DNA of 64,000 nt, from positions 223,557 through 287,556 of the forward strand of contig MFAS01000001.1 in NCBI GenBank assembly GCA_001774685.1. The letters run 5' to 3'. The translations under genes and the position numbers were made by a program. Below are positions 63,832-64,000 of the stretch, one piece after another. Source of the DNA: Candidatus Collierbacteria bacterium RIFOXYD2_FULL_45_13. GTDB lineage: Bacteria; Patescibacteriota; Microgenomatia; UBA1400; MFAQ01. The notes under the pieces are model-generated. The model was not told where the DNA came from, did no database searches, and saw only the letters and a program-made list of their open reading frames with translations. How positions within the stretch are numbered: the first letter of the stretch is position 1; each line of letters starts with the position of its first letter.

Positions 63832-64000
63832 ATGGACGACTTCTTGGGATATTTTCTACTTGTCATAGTTATTGTTGCTTTTGTGACCTTGGGTTACGCC
63901 ATTATCCACGATCTCAACTTGTCCGGCACTGCTGTCGCCACTTATACCGGAGAGTATTGTCACCAAAATGGATGTGATACTGGTCAAGAAATCCGTTCAG
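63832..64000 (+). CDS. partial orphan membrane protein (MDDFLGYFLLVIV..., runs off the window)
   Basis: AAGGAG SD, open frame to the window end, N-terminal TM. Confidence 0.65.
   Translation, partial: MDDFLGYFLLVIVIVAFVTLGYAIIHDLNLSGTAVATYTGEYCHQNGCDTGQEIRS

Noticed and set aside
1-64000. CRISPR array, integron attC array, DGR, IS or prophage
   Set aside because: No regularly spaced repeats, integrase, reverse transcriptase, transposase or phage genes recognised. The Cas4-like domain is part of a helicase fusion.
1-64000. UGA recoding (genetic code 25 or 4)
   Set aside because: Conserved genes are full length in code 11, and TGA ends genes such as ung at the expected position.

Overview
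Chromosomal segment of a small-genome bacterium using standard code 11. Gene content and style (short IF2, zinc-finger-less DnaJ, tandem FemAB genes, DUF2298, GH39, Lon AAA-only protein, PilN/PilO-linked Cys-rich surface proteins) suggest Patescibacteria/CPR, probably Microgenomates; this is inference, not a marker search. About 70 CDS. Core genes include metG, tatD, rmuC, a UvrD-nuclease fusion, thyX, ung, pcrA, tpiA, rpsT, murJ, lepA, hrcA-grpE-dnaK-dnaJ, nusA-infB, rpsO-pnp, rnj and ftsK. No rRNA, tRNA, CRISPR array, integrase or transposase was recognised. Best leads: (1) a ~170-nt rod-like inverted-repeat structure inside the pilN/pilO operon that covers the SD and start codon of the next gene; (2) mosaic Cys-rich, LPxTG-like surface proteins downstream of it; (3) a 42-44 bp palindromic repeat inside two unrelated coding sequences; (4) two expression styles, with apparently leaderless core genes versus stand-alone orphan genes carrying a boxA-like motif, strong SD and terminator; (5) a LexA-HTH/UDP-sugar dehydrogenase fusion with a candidate operator; (6) a leader peptide and terminator ahead of a GNAT gene; (7) a lone QueC/QatC-like PP-loop enzyme; (8) a candidate ECF promoter motif seen twice. 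All calls come from motif reading by eye; no database searches or folding were run.
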